This document shows positions 19,570 through 29,766 of a stretch of DNA of 64,000 nt, piece by piece. Location of the stretch: NCBI GenBank assembly GCA_030695905.1, contig JAUYOL010000036.1, forward strand, positions 118,814 to 182,813, read 5' to 3'. Made by a program: the position numbers and the translations under genes. Under the pieces are notes generated by a model. The model saw nothing but the letters and a program-made list of their open reading frames with translations, searched no databases and had not been told where the DNA came from. Origin of the DNA: Candidatus Omnitrophota bacterium. GTDB taxonomy: Bacteria > Omnitrophota > Gorgyraeia > 2-01-FULL-45-10. Every line of letters starts with the position of its first letter. Position 1 is the first letter of the stretch.

Positions 19570-20582
19570 TTCCTGGCCAGCACAACAAAGCTTTGGGAGA
19601 AAAATCCTAGCCTTAGCCTTCTAAAGACGATATCCTCTATTGCATAGCATACTGCTTTTGCAATAATATTCCTCCCCTTCTTATACATGCATGGCCTATA
19701 ATACCTCATCCCGTTATCCGTCAATATATATTCCGGAAACCTATAATCCGGAAAAGCGTAAAAGATTCTTACGTCTTTAAACCCCGCACTGATAAGCATC
19801 TTCCTTAAAGACTTCCTGGAATATGTCCAGTTTACATACGGCCTGCCCAGGACGGCTTTCGAGACAAGATCCTGAACAATCCTGGGCAAAAAAGTGATAA
19901 ATCTTATATTGCAATGAGGGTCAGGCAGCCCAAGAAAATTAAATATATCAAACCGATTTTCTATGGCAAGATAGAGCTGGCCACCGTTCTTGAGGCCATC
20001 ATAAATGGTCTTAAGAAATCCCGTCTGAATATGACATGGCCTGGCGGTGCGTTCGTATTTCTTAGCTAGTCTTTTTCCATAATACTTCTTTAACTCCACC
20101 GTACCTTCTTCGGGGATCCATTCGAGCACCCCATTGACCAAAAATTTATCAACGGAACAGTTTTTATACTTGAGCTTTCTCAGATCCGCACATACTAAGT
20201 CTGCTTTTGTCAGGCCTTCCTCTGTCAGGCGCCGCTTCAATAATAGAAGAGATTCCCGGGTCTGGTCAACGGCTATAACATTGCATCCCGCTCTTGCAAG
20301 CGGCACTGTCAATGCTCCCCACATGCAGCCTGCGTCCACAACAATATCCCCAGGTCTCGGATCCAATAACAGCAGCCCTCCGGCCCGCTTATCAGAAAAT
20401 ATTACGTCGAAATATTGCGGGAAGTGACACTGAACCGTTTTCCTCGAACCAAGACCTGAAAGGTCTGATACGTACCTGTCATTTTCGTTCTTATCCAGAT
20501 TGGACCAGTACCCTCCGCTGGGCCCGAACCATATACCTTCCCGGTTTTCCAGCTGTCCTGACACAACACTATCTATGCTCAT
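19566..20582 (-). CDS. Class I SAM-dependent methyltransferase
   Basis: VVDAGCMWGALTVPLARAGCNVIAVD (motif I plus acidic residue). Confidence 0.65.
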   Translation of the reverse strand: MSIDSVVSGQLENREGIWFGPSGGYWSNLDKNENDRYVSDLSGLGSRKTVQCHFPQYFDVIFSDKRAGGLLLLDPRPGDIVVDAGCMWGALTVPLARAGCNVIAVDQTRESLLLLKRRLTEEGLTKADLVCADLRKLKYKNCSVDKFLVNGVLEWIPEEGTVELKKYYGKRLAKKYERTARPCHIQTGFLKTIYDGLKNGGQLYLAIENRFDIFNFLGLPDPHCNIRFITFLPRIVQDLVSKAVLGRPYVNWTYSRKSLRKMLISAGFKDVRIFYAFPDYRFPEYILTDNGMRYYRPCMYKKGRNIIAKAVCYAIEDIVFRRLRLGFFSQSFVVLARK

Positions 20583-22329
20583 TTAAAGCCTCGATCCATT
20601 CATCACGCCAATTATTACTGGCGGCAGCAAATCTTTCACAGAAAACATTTCTCGCTCTTTGCACCTTAATGTCGCTCCACCATTTCATGGGATTGTCATA
20701 AATATCGTTTACTTTTTTCGCCGCATCCTCAGGGCTCTTATATAAAATACCGACATCTCTTAAAAGTTCAAAATATGTCTCGGCCTCCGGCCTAATAATA
20801 TAATTGTCATGATCCCAAAACCAGACAGTTGGAGCGTTTATTGCCATTACCTCGAGATTTGATGTACTCAGATGATCTATGACCACGATCTTTGCTTTCT
20901 TGATCAGGTTCACTGCCCTGCCTTGATCGGAAAAAATCTTTATCCCCGGGATCATCTTCTTTACCGTTTCTATCTCACCCCATCCTATCTCCTGATAAGG
21001 CCTGTACAACAATCTATCCCGCAAGGGCTCATCCAAACCGTCGACGAATCTTTTCTTGTCTAAAAAATATTGTGGCATATCATCCTGAGCAAATGCGGCC
21101 TGGAATCTACATAGATATTTATGTATACCTGATCCAATGAATAATAACAATCCATCATTGTTTTTTTGATAAGAATCCTTTAGCACGGACAGGTGCGGGC
21201 TGCTTAATGGAACTGTTTTGTCATTGTTTTCGTAGCGCCATCCCCAGGTATAAAATATATCCTTTTCCATCGAAATCGTCTCGGCAAGCGATAAAAACAT
21301 ACCATAACCGCCTCCATGCTGAAAATCGAGCAGCACGGTATCTGTTAAGGTTGAGTTTGCGGCAAAGAATTTAAATTTTTCGTTAAACAGCCAGCCTGTT
21401 ACCGATCCTACGGCTTTTACATTTTTTGTCGTTACCTTACTGTTGTATTTATTAAAGTACTCTACATAGCACATTGGGATTGCATCCGGGATTAGTTCCT
21501 TAAGAAAATTTTGGAATTTATCGGCTGTCTTCCCCATCTTCAGGCCTTGCCTTCTGGCCCGGGAATAGCAATTCTTATTCATGGGCCCCTGGGAATCAAA
21601 GTTTTTGAAAACGACTGAATTAAACCGGCATTCCGATTCTAACATTAATATCTGCCGCCAATCAACATGGTACATATCGCTCAAAATTATTTCTTTTTGG
21701 GAAAAAATATTACTTAAATATTTCAAACCATAGAACATCTTTTTGGCAAAACCGCTGCTATAAATATTTTTATTCCCCGCCGTCTGGGGCACTATCGTCT
21801 TCTCTGCGACCCTGCCAGGGAAAAAATAACGCGCTATGAGGCTGAATAGTTTCAGATTATAGTAATCATCGGAGGCTTTTCCTCTTATAGATACAAAATC
21901 ATAGGTATCCACAGTTAATAATTCGCACAGAGATTCAGGCAGGATATAAGTATAAGCATTCTGATGGACAGTAAACGCATTTTCTATTCTTCTGTATCTT
22001 TCATATAATATCTCTATGAAATGCGATAACCACGGCCCGACAAGTATCCTCCAGTATCTTTGAGGGTAAGAAACGCCGTGAAGAAGATTCAATTGCTCGC
22101 TCAATTCTCTTAGTATCTCCTCATATATCTCACGGCACAGGCCGGCTGCGGTTTCTATTTTAAAAGCAGGCTTCCAGGGAGAGACAACTATAGAACAAGG
22201 CCTGCCCTCGATTAGCTTTCTATTTTTTTCATCCGCCAAGCACCACGGACCGAGAAACAGCACCTCACTGTCGATATCCCAAGCGTCAGAAATGCCCGTC
22301 GTAGCTAAAAATTGCCTGCCTAAGCCCAT
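20569..22329 (-). CDS. Large soluble transferase of uncertain family, possibly TagF/CDP-glycerol glycerophosphotransferase-like (GT-B)
   Basis: 586 aa. The C-terminal stretch AKIVVIDHLSTSNLEVMAINAPTVWFWDHDNY resembles the TagF-family block SDILITDYSSVxFDFLLLNKPIIFYxPD. This is a weak, motif-level call. Confidence 0.3.
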   Translation of the reverse strand: MGLGRQFLATTGISDAWDIDSEVLFLGPWCLADEKNRKLIEGRPCSIVVSPWKPAFKIETAAGLCREIYEEILRELSEQLNLLHGVSYPQRYWRILVGPWLSHFIEILYERYRRIENAFTVHQNAYTYILPESLCELLTVDTYDFVSIRGKASDDYYNLKLFSLIARYFFPGRVAEKTIVPQTAGNKNIYSSGFAKKMFYGLKYLSNIFSQKEIILSDMYHVDWRQILMLESECRFNSVVFKNFDSQGPMNKNCYSRARRQGLKMGKTADKFQNFLKELIPDAIPMCYVEYFNKYNSKVTTKNVKAVGSVTGWLFNEKFKFFAANSTLTDTVLLDFQHGGGYGMFLSLAETISMEKDIFYTWGWRYENNDKTVPLSSPHLSVLKDSYQKNNDGLLLFIGSGIHKYLCRFQAAFAQDDMPQYFLDKKRFVDGLDEPLRDRLLYRPYQEIGWGEIETVKKMIPGIKIFSDQGRAVNLIKKAKIVVIDHLSTSNLEVMAINAPTVWFWDHDNYIIRPEAETYFELLRDVGILYKSPEDAAKKVNDIYDNPMKWWSDIKVQRARNVFCERFAAASNNWRDEWIEALNEHR

Positions 22330-23852
22330 TTTACATTCCTCTGAAATTTCATATCAAAACCGATGGCTTTTTTCACCTCTTCCTTTTCGGCGGGTTTCAG
22401 TAATTTAAAGTAATAAAAGCCCAACGAAACGCCGTATATTACGGCCATCTCAAAAATAGTAGCAATAAAATTAGATGGGTATAAATAAAATAAAACAACC
22501 GTAGAAAAAATGGCGACTAATAAATATAGCAGCAGGTTTACCTTTACGCTCTTATCGAAATATTCCTTAAAAGTAACTTTCAGCATCTTTAGCGACAGGG
22601 CCAATTCCAGCGGAAACGCGACGAAGATCATGGAAAAAGCCAGGCCTGCGGCCAGGGCGACAATACCTAAGCTTTTAACAAAAATAAGACTTACCAAGAG
22701 ATTTGAGATCCCGGCAGCTAATATTATAAAGAAGGTTCTTCGCACTATGCCCTTTGCCGATAATAGCCCTACCGCCAATTCTGAAGTGCCGCTAAAGAGC
22801 CAGAGGGACATTATTATTCTTGCGGGCAGTATGCTTTCCCGGAAACTTTCCCCCATCCAATGAATTATAAAAGGTTTGGCGAAAAAGATGGCGATTAACA
22901 CTGCAGGAAGAAGCACGGCCGACATCAATTTCGTCCCTTTAAATAAAAGCTGCTTCTGTCGGGCATAATCATGAGCCCCTTCCATCTCAGACGCAGCTAT
23001 CCATGCAGGTCCTCCCAGCGTTGAATTAATAACGCGAAAATAATTCTGCAGGTTAAAAGCCACGGCGTATAGAGATATCGCCGACACCGAAACAAAATAG
23101 CCTATTATGATATTATGTATCTGGTATAAAAATATGGCTGACAATGAACTTAAAAACATAAAGATACTGAAATTAAATATAAATTTAAAAGTATTAATGT
23201 TCCTGTGCGGAAAAACTATGCGAAAATTGACATGTTTGACCGTGAACCAAAAAAAGACCGCGCCGGCAGTAAAATTCAATATCTGCATGGCTATGAAAAG
23301 CTGCAGGATACCGAAGCCCTTGATTAATATAAAAAAGGTTACTATCGCAAGTAATATCTGATTGATTATGCTAATTGCGGCATCAAGGTTCCACATGTTC
23401 AGCCCCTGTATTGCCCTGCGGAATATACCCATAGGCCATACCACCAATGATGATAATGCCGCCGCGATTAAGAGGTCTCTCATAACCCGAATATTTGCAG
23501 GGTCGATCTTAAAAAAATAAATGAAATATTTTGAGCTTAAAAATAACATTAACGAAATCAAAACGCCTATAATGACATAGAACGTGAAGGATGCGTTGAT
23601 TATATGGCCTATCCCTTTAAAGTCTTTTTTACCATGATATTCAGATACATATTTCGTGAGTGCGGACATCATTCCAAAATCCAATAATCCAAAATAATCG
23701 GTAACTGTCAAAACGATAAGGTAAACACCGTATATCTCTTTGCCAACATGCGCTACTATAAAAGGAAAAAGCATGAACGATATGAGCATATATACGCACC
23801 TGCTCAGCGCTATATAACTTATATTCTTTCCTATCGTTCTGGCTTTTGACAT
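22320..23852 (-). CDS. wzx: Oligosaccharide/polysaccharide flippase (Wzx, MOP superfamily)
   Basis: 510 aa, about 12-14 TM helices, with an N-terminal pattern typical of Wzx/PST proteins. Confidence 0.7.
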   Translation of the reverse strand: MSKARTIGKNISYIALSRCVYMLISFMLFPFIVAHVGKEIYGVYLIVLTVTDYFGLLDFGMMSALTKYVSEYHGKKDFKGIGHIINASFTFYVIIGVLISLMLFLSSKYFIYFFKIDPANIRVMRDLLIAAALSSLVVWPMGIFRRAIQGLNMWNLDAAISIINQILLAIVTFFILIKGFGILQLFIAMQILNFTAGAVFFWFTVKHVNFRIVFPHRNINTFKFIFNFSIFMFLSSLSAIFLYQIHNIIIGYFVSVSAISLYAVAFNLQNYFRVINSTLGGPAWIAASEMEGAHDYARQKQLLFKGTKLMSAVLLPAVLIAIFFAKPFIIHWMGESFRESILPARIIMSLWLFSGTSELAVGLLSAKGIVRRTFFIILAAGISNLLVSLIFVKSLGIVALAAGLAFSMIFVAFPLELALSLKMLKVTFKEYFDKSVKVNLLLYLLVAIFSTVVLFYLYPSNFIATIFEMAVIYGVSLGFYYFKLLKPAEKEEVKKAIGFDMKFQRNVKWA

Positions 23853-23870
23853 ATATCTTCTACTGATCCG

Positions 23871-24629
23871 TCACCATGCGTGCAAACCGCCGTCAACATA
23901 TAATAAATGTCCGGTAATATATGAGGCGGATTCGGACGCCAGAAACAAAACAGGGCCTACGATATCTTTTTTATCGGCCATTCTTCTCAATGGTACTCTT
24001 GTACTGTATTGTTCTTGAAATAACCTGCTGTGCTTATCCAAAACCCCTCCCGGACAGATGGCATTTACTCTAATATTAAATGGAGCGGCATAACAAGCCA
24101 GATACTTGGTAAAGGTATTTATCCCGCCCTTTATTAATGGATATGACGGGAGGCTTGCGATTTCTGTATTTTTGTATATCCTGAAGTCCGGCGACAAGTC
24201 TCCGTATGTGGAACTGAAATTTATAATCACCCCGTGTTTAGCTTTTTTCATATTTATCAATATCTCTTTGCAACATCTGTAAAATCCTAACAGATGATCC
24301 ATGGTATCCCTTCCTACGATATCCGGATCCACATCTTCGATTCTGCCCTTAGAATTGTCCTGCCTGGGCCAGGCGCAGTTTATCCAAACGTCTATCTTCT
24401 TATCATGAACTATTACATCGGATATAAATCTCCGAATAGACTGAGAGGATGTTATGTCGATCTTTATATAATTTATATTACTTTTATTCCGAAAATTCTC
24501 GGGAACACGGGTACCGACAAAAACTTTAGCGCCGTAGCCGTCAAACGCATTTGCAAGCTCCGTACCGATCAGCCCGGTCCCGCCTATTACGCAAACTACC
24601 TTATCCTTCATATTGAGGAAATCTTTCAT
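23871..24629 (-). CDS. Short-chain dehydrogenase/reductase (SDR)
   Basis: VVCVIGGTGLIGTELA Rossmann motif; YPLIK (YxxxK) then NAICPGG. An alternative start at 24611 (MKDKVV) would shorten the overlap with the upstream gene. Confidence 0.7.
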   Translation of the reverse strand: MKDFLNMKDKVVCVIGGTGLIGTELANAFDGYGAKVFVGTRVPENFRNKSNINYIKIDITSSQSIRRFISDVIVHDKKIDVWINCAWPRQDNSKGRIEDVDPDIVGRDTMDHLLGFYRCCKEILINMKKAKHGVIINFSSTYGDLSPDFRIYKNTEIASLPSYPLIKGGINTFTKYLACYAAPFNIRVNAICPGGVLDKHSRLFQEQYSTRVPLRRMADKKDIVGPVLFLASESASYITGHLLYVDGGLHAW

Positions 24630-25719
24630 TATTTATCTCCTTTTTGAGCCTTTTACAAATCAGTTTTTGGTCGCATCTCGTATAGCATTTATGATCTTTG
24701 GGAAAATCACCGTTTATGTGCCATCTTCTAAAATTTTTATAATCCACACTGTTCCATATCTCTTTTAGGGTCTGACTGTTGGCATTGCCTAAAACCATCT
24801 CGCAATTATAATCCTGCGTGCATGGGACTACAGAGCCGTCAACCATTACAGTCATCGATGTCCACGGAAACTCGCAATACTGTGTTTCGTAATGAGACCT
24901 TGGTTTTCCCGCGTCATCATCCTTATAATACCATTGATTGTCCTGGCTCTTTATATAAGCATAGACATCCCTATCCTTCCAGAGGCCCATAAAGTCATCG
25001 TGCATCTTAACGGAATTTTTTGACCGAGAAAGGTCGAGCATCGTTATAACTATCTTGGTTTTAAGCGATGGGTTCTTTGATTTTGCATTTATAAGCTCGC
25101 GTATCAATTTATACGAACGCGTAAAATCGTTGCTCTTTCCCCTGATCTTCTTGGCGCTTTCGTCGTCGATCGCATCCATGGCGAATTTTATGACTCCGAC
25201 TCCGGCTTCCATCATTTTTATAAATTTATCCACATCTATATTTGCTGGCACGCAGGAGAAATAGGTCGGGATATTATATTTTGAACATAAAGCAATTCTT
25301 TCTACAAGATAAGGGTCCAGCGGCGGCTCACCATAACCGTGCAAGATCAGCGACTTTGATACCGTATAAAAATAAAACGCGTTTTCACTTTTATCCGATG
25401 GATGAATACGATATTCATCTGCGATAAATTTCCAGAAGCTATCCATCGCCTCTTTTTTGTGAGGCATTATCTGTTTTATGACTTTTTCAAAAAGCCCCAT
25501 CTTCATAACCTGCGCGGGACGCCTCATCAGGCTTGTACGCGGGCACATCTTGCATTTCATATTGCAAGCATTGGTCGTTTCGATATTAAAAACACACGGA
25601 TATTCATCTGTATGCTTCCTAAGGATTGCCGACACTTCGGCCTGGCGGATATGGGATTTCATATCGACGATCTTCTTTTTTATTTCCGAAGTGGTTCTAA
25701 AAAAGGATATATCGAACAT
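24601..25719 (-). CDS. Radical SAM enzyme with Cys-rich C-terminal (SPASM/twitch-like) region
   Basis: ETTNACNMKCKMCPR carries CxxxCxxC. Additional C-terminal cysteines in CEFPWTS...VVPCTQDYNCE. Confidence 0.7.
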   Translation of the reverse strand: MFDISFFRTTSEIKKKIVDMKSHIRQAEVSAILRKHTDEYPCVFNIETTNACNMKCKMCPRTSLMRRPAQVMKMGLFEKVIKQIMPHKKEAMDSFWKFIADEYRIHPSDKSENAFYFYTVSKSLILHGYGEPPLDPYLVERIALCSKYNIPTYFSCVPANIDVDKFIKMMEAGVGVIKFAMDAIDDESAKKIRGKSNDFTRSYKLIRELINAKSKNPSLKTKIVITMLDLSRSKNSVKMHDDFMGLWKDRDVYAYIKSQDNQWYYKDDDAGKPRSHYETQYCEFPWTSMTVMVDGSVVPCTQDYNCEMVLGNANSQTLKEIWNSVDYKNFRRWHINGDFPKDHKCYTRCDQKLICKRLKKEINNERFPQYEG

Positions 25720-25723
25720 GTGT

Positions 25724-26845
25724 TTATTTTATCCCCTTTCCGACTTCAAATTTCTCGTGCCAGAGCCCCCATTGATCCTGACGAAAAAGTTTCGGATTGT
25801 ACCATTTATCAAGTATTCTCCAGAATTCAACAGGCTTCATGCCCGTAAAATTCAAGAATGCGTCTACAATACCCTGATCAAGGATCTTGTCGTGTTTTTT
25901 TACATAAGGTATCATTTCCTTGCGTGTCGCGATTCCTGCGCGGATCCAGCGCGATGCCATTTCGGTGGCCGAAGCGTGGCCGAACTTTGGGTATTTCAGA
26001 TACTGGTTCAGCAGATATCCTATCGAGTCGATCTGGTTATATTGCTCTACCGTCCCTTCTCTTATATACTCATGAGCAAGATGCCGGAAGCCCCACCGTT
26101 TCGCGAGTTCATAATTTCGATGGCTGTCCCATGGTACAAAATAGCTCAAATATATCGGGTCGAGCCCATACCCTTCACATTCCTCAAGCGTCGGCTGTTT
26201 GGCTGATTCCAGGTCTCTTTCGGTCAGATCCCCGTCCTTCAGCCATTGGTTCCATGCCGGTTTCACTACATCATTTTTCGACTGCAATTTTGCCGATGGG
26301 GTTTCTTCGTTGTATTTTCCTCCGTATGTATAATTCACATTTTCGCCGTAAATCAACAGGTGCAGCCCTAATTTCATCGCCATTCTGTAAGGGTAGGCAT
26401 AAATCAACGCATCTCCATACCATGTAGGCGACCCGATTTCAATCAATGCCTTCTTCGCCAATATGCGTGTCACATTATGATTCGGTATTATCGAAATAAT
26501 GTCACAATTGAATGTATCGGATAAATTTGCGAGATTTTTTCTTCCGGTCTCGGTCCAGTCTATATTGCCTACCGCGAGAAGAACGGGATTCATCCGCATG
26601 ACTTCTTTCATATACCATACCTGAAAGTGAGAATCCTTCCCTCCCGATACCGCAATCGCGCAATCATAACTATTCCCGTATTTTCCTCTGTACTTACTGC
26701 ATACCTTTTCAAATTTTTTTTTGCGCTTATTCCAGTCGGTTTTTCTTTGTTTGCCATAATTATGGCACGGCGAGCAAACACCGTCCTTTTGAAAGGTTAT
26801 CCCCGGCCTCGTGTCTGGCATCAAACATCTTTTGCAGTATTTCAT
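25724..26845 (-). CDS. N-acetyl sugar amidotransferase (WbuX/PseA-like PP-loop enzyme)
   Basis: N-terminal Zn-ribbon YCKRCLMPDTRPGITFQKDGVCSPC followed by the PP-loop AIAVSGGKDS. The architecture is characteristic of the LPS/NulO acetamidino-forming amidotransferase family. Confidence 0.75.
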   Translation of the reverse strand: MKYCKRCLMPDTRPGITFQKDGVCSPCHNYGKQRKTDWNKRKKKFEKVCSKYRGKYGNSYDCAIAVSGGKDSHFQVWYMKEVMRMNPVLLAVGNIDWTETGRKNLANLSDTFNCDIISIIPNHNVTRILAKKALIEIGSPTWYGDALIYAYPYRMAMKLGLHLLIYGENVNYTYGGKYNEETPSAKLQSKNDVVKPAWNQWLKDGDLTERDLESAKQPTLEECEGYGLDPIYLSYFVPWDSHRNYELAKRWGFRHLAHEYIREGTVEQYNQIDSIGYLLNQYLKYPKFGHASATEMASRWIRAGIATRKEMIPYVKKHDKILDQGIVDAFLNFTGMKPVEFWRILDKWYNPKLFRQDQWGLWHEKFEVGKGIK

Positions 26846-26850
26846 CGAAA

Positions 26851-27549
26851 TTATCTCCTTTTCTTATTTTTTAAAACTAACTCTGCGACGTGAAAATCCC
26901 ATGCCGTATCGATATCAAGCGACCTTTCCTGCGGCATAATGTAAGGTACCGCACCCTTGGGCACAAAAGTACGTTGCTTCAGAAGTGATGAGCAGGTATT
27001 CAGATAGATCGCACCATTTTGTTCGTACAATTCCGGCAACGCCTGCCTGTACATGTATCCGTCATTCGGAGGAATAAAATATTCCAATGAACGTTTTTTA
27101 TTTATGCTGTGTGTTTTATAAGGATATTTTATAATTTCACAGACACTGACAACAGCGAGTGTATTACGATTTTTGGCCAATTTAATGACATTTTCCATAT
27201 CTTCGGTTGTCCTGAAAGGAGATGTCGGCTGAAGCAGCATTATATAGTCCGGGTAACATGCCTCATGTTTTTTCAGCCAATCGATCGCGTGGAGCACGAC
27301 TGAGATATGTGGGGATTCATTTTTTGAAAGTTCTCCGGGGCGCCTGAACGGCACTTCGGCGCCGTGTCGCTTCGAAACCTTTGCGATTTTCTCGTCGTTA
27401 GTAGATACAATTACACGGCTTAAGCCCTTGCATTTCAACGCCGCCTCTATCGTCCATGCAATCAGCGGCTTGCCCGCAAGGATTTTTATGTTCTTCCCCG
27501 GTATGGATTTTGAACCGCCACGTGCCGTAATAAGCCCGATAATCTTCAT
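26851..27549 (-). CDS. neuA: CMP-nonulosonic acid synthetase (acylneuraminate cytidylyltransferase family, short form)
   Basis: MKIIGLITARGGSKSIPGKNIKILAGKPLIAWTI is the classic NeuA/CMP-Kdo-like N-terminus. At 232 aa it lacks the esterase domain. Confidence 0.85.
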   Translation of the reverse strand: MKIIGLITARGGSKSIPGKNIKILAGKPLIAWTIEAALKCKGLSRVIVSTNDEKIAKVSKRHGAEVPFRRPGELSKNESPHISVVLHAIDWLKKHEACYPDYIMLLQPTSPFRTTEDMENVIKLAKNRNTLAVVSVCEIIKYPYKTHSINKKRSLEYFIPPNDGYMYRQALPELYEQNGAIYLNTCSSLLKQRTFVPKGAVPYIMPQERSLDIDTAWDFHVAELVLKNKKRR

Positions 27550-27554
27550 AATCG

Positions 27555-28733
27555 CTATCTCCTAATATATTTTTTGCCGGACATACCTTTATTGTCCGTA
27601 TGATATTCACTGCAAAATTGCTTCTGAATTTCCGTGCACCAGATCTGGGATCCATTGAGTATAGAAATGAACCGCTTCACGCTCTTACCGTCCCCAAAAT
27701 GCGTGGTAGGGGTCTTCGGGACATCCGGTATCTTATTTATAGCGGATGTGATATCCGCTGCCGACTCGCGGACGTTAATGATAGTCTTATAAGCGAATCG
27801 CCCGCTTTGCCGGTTCCCGATATTTATAGACGGGATCCCGTAATACGGCGCCTCCCTGATACCTGAGCTCGAATTGCCGATGATGAATTCACAATTTTTA
27901 AGCAACGTAAGGAATGATTCGAAGCGTATCGAAGGAAATATCCTGAAATTTCGGTTTTTACTCATAAGCTTGAGTTCTCTTATTATAATATCTGACCCGC
28001 TGTCATTATTGGGGTATAATACTATATATTTTTTGCCGGAACTCGCCAGCGCCTTTGTGACCTGCCGGACATTATCGGATAAATCATGCAGATTCGTAGT
28101 TACCGAATGATATATGAATAGCGCGTATTCCTTAAAATCAATTTCGTAGTGCTTCTTGACCGCCGATAAAGCCGGGAGGTAGCCGGAATCCATAAGGTCC
28201 ATGTCCGGGGACCCTATCACATATATGTTTGACTTCTTCTCGCCCATCTGAAGCAGCCTTTTCTTAGCTTCTTCATTCGACACGAAATGTACATGCGCAA
28301 GCTTCGATATCGAATGCCTTATTGATTCATCTATAGTCCCAGACAGTTCGCCGCCCTCTATGTGCCCTACGATAATATTGTTCAATGCTCCGACAACAGC
28401 ACCTGCAAGCGCCTCCACGCGGTCACCATGGACAATTATAAGGTCCGGCCTCGTCGCGGATACATAATCACCGAAGCCATGGATCGTATTCCCGAGTATG
28501 GCATCCATCGAATTGCCGGTTTTCTGATTATAATAACTAAATATATTTTTAAAGCCGGCTTTTATGACTTCGTCTACAGTGCTGCCGTATTTAGGCAACA
28601 TGTGCATGCCGGTTGCGAATATATGGGTTTCGAATGCCTTTTCCTGTTCGAGCGCTTTCATCAAAGGCTTAAGTTTGCCGAAATCGGCACGCGTACCCGT
28701 TAAAAAAATGATCTTTTTACTTTTCATAGACAT
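27555..28733 (-). CDS. neuC: UDP-N-acetylglucosamine 2-epimerase, hydrolysing (NeuC-type)
   Basis: IIFLTGTRADFGKLKPLMKAL...HIFATGMHM...VHGDRVEALAG, NeuC/LegG-like. 392 aa. Confidence 0.8.
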   Translation of the reverse strand: MSMKSKKIIFLTGTRADFGKLKPLMKALEQEKAFETHIFATGMHMLPKYGSTVDEVIKAGFKNIFSYYNQKTGNSMDAILGNTIHGFGDYVSATRPDLIIVHGDRVEALAGAVVGALNNIIVGHIEGGELSGTIDESIRHSISKLAHVHFVSNEEAKKRLLQMGEKKSNIYVIGSPDMDLMDSGYLPALSAVKKHYEIDFKEYALFIYHSVTTNLHDLSDNVRQVTKALASSGKKYIVLYPNNDSGSDIIIRELKLMSKNRNFRIFPSIRFESFLTLLKNCEFIIGNSSSGIREAPYYGIPSINIGNRQSGRFAYKTIINVRESAADITSAINKIPDVPKTPTTHFGDGKSVKRFISILNGSQIWCTEIQKQFCSEYHTDNKGMSGKKYIRR

Positions 28734-29766
28734 GCTCCCATTTCAACTGCCTGTTCTTCTTAATGCAGCATTTCGCCTTTTTTCCGAGAAGCGCGCTTAA
28801 GTGCCCTGCTTTTATCTCGCCTGTTCCAGGGCGCTTAACCCAGATGTTTTCTTTAGTCAGTTTTTCTCCTGCATCGATATCACGTATCGCGACCACACAG
28901 GCATACGCAAAATCTATCGTTGGTTGTTCCTCTTTTAAAATAGTTTTGCTGCCACCTGATGCCGAATGTATTATACGGCTGCCTGTAATCAATTGTCTGA
29001 GTTCACCGGGATCCATAGAGATAGCTATATCCGGCCCCGGCCAATCTTTATCGGATGTAAAATGTCTTTCAAGGATACTGGCTCCCAAAGCTACGGCCGC
29101 TAAACACGGAAATATGGTAAATGAGTGGTCCGATAGCCCGAGCACAGCATTCGGAAAATGCTTTTTGAGTTCGGCCAGCGCGCCAAGCCTTATTTTGCCG
29201 GGAGGTGTGGGATACATGGATGTGCAATGTAAGAGAGCATACTGCACTTTATTCTGCTCCAGAATTTTCACGCTTTTTCTGATAGAATTGATATTGTTCA
29301 TGCCCGTACTTAATATCACGGGCTTCCCGAAACCGGCAATATATTCTACAAGCGGATAATTATTGCATTCTCCGGAGCCGATTTTATAAGCGCCTACCTT
29401 CATGCGCTTCAGACGATCGGCTGCTTCGCGCGAAAAAGGCGTAGACAGATAAATCATACCTTTTTTATCCGTATATGCTTTTAGTTCCTTATCCCCTTCT
29501 TCCGATAATGCGCACCTGACCATGATATTCCAGATCGATTCTTTTGCGTTAGCTGGCACCACGCCGTTATAGATCATTTCATCTTCTATTACATGCGCCT
29601 GAAATTTAACACATTCACAGCCTGCAGCCACCGCATCGTCGACCATTTTCCTGGCTTTAGCGACGCTGCCTTCGTGATTAATTCCGATCTCGGCTATCAC
29701 GAGCGGTGGGTAATCTTCTCCGATCCTGCGGCCCGCAATATTAATTTCCGGTTTTTTTGGTTTCAT
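28717..29766 (-). CDS. neuB: N-acetylneuraminate (nonulosonic acid) synthase, NeuB family, with C-terminal SAF domain
   Basis: PLVIAEIGINHEGSVAKARKMVDDAVAAGCECVKFQ (NeuB TIM-barrel N-terminus), then LGLSDHS, then a C-terminal antifreeze-like domain. Confidence 0.85.
   Translation of the reverse strand: MKPKKPEINIAGRRIGEDYPPLVIAEIGINHEGSVAKARKMVDDAVAAGCECVKFQAHVIEDEMIYNGVVPANAKESIWNIMVRCALSEEGDKELKAYTDKKGMIYLSTPFSREAADRLKRMKVGAYKIGSGECNNYPLVEYIAGFGKPVILSTGMNNINSIRKSVKILEQNKVQYALLHCTSMYPTPPGKIRLGALAELKKHFPNAVLGLSDHSFTIFPCLAAVALGASILERHFTSDKDWPGPDIAISMDPGELRQLITGSRIIHSASGGSKTILKEEQPTIDFAYACVVAIRDIDAGEKLTKENIWVKRPGTGEIKAGHLSALLGKKAKCCIKKNRQLKWEHVYEK

Noticed and set aside
20569-22329. Assignment of the 586-aa protein as a Maf-type (DUF115) flagellin nonulosonic-acid transferase or as a sialyltransferase
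   Set aside because: Its length, and its position one gene (the Wzx flippase) downstream of the NeuB-NeuC-NeuA module, are suggestive. I cannot recognise Maf or GT42/52/80 motifs by eye. The only motif-level resemblance is to the TagF block, so the call was left open.
25478-26206. 242-aa plus-strand ORF (and neighbouring plus ORFs 25858-26427, 25402-25848)
   Set aside because: Entirely antisense to the well-supported WbuX-like amidotransferase and radical SAM genes. The translation is low-complexity with no motifs, so this is a typical shadow ORF.
27398-27655. 85-aa minus-strand ORF spanning the neuA/neuC junction
   Set aside because: Alternate frame overlapping two strongly supported genes. 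No independent evidence.
28763-29359. 198-aa plus-strand ORF
   Set aside because: Antisense to the NeuB-like synthase gene. No recognisable domain.
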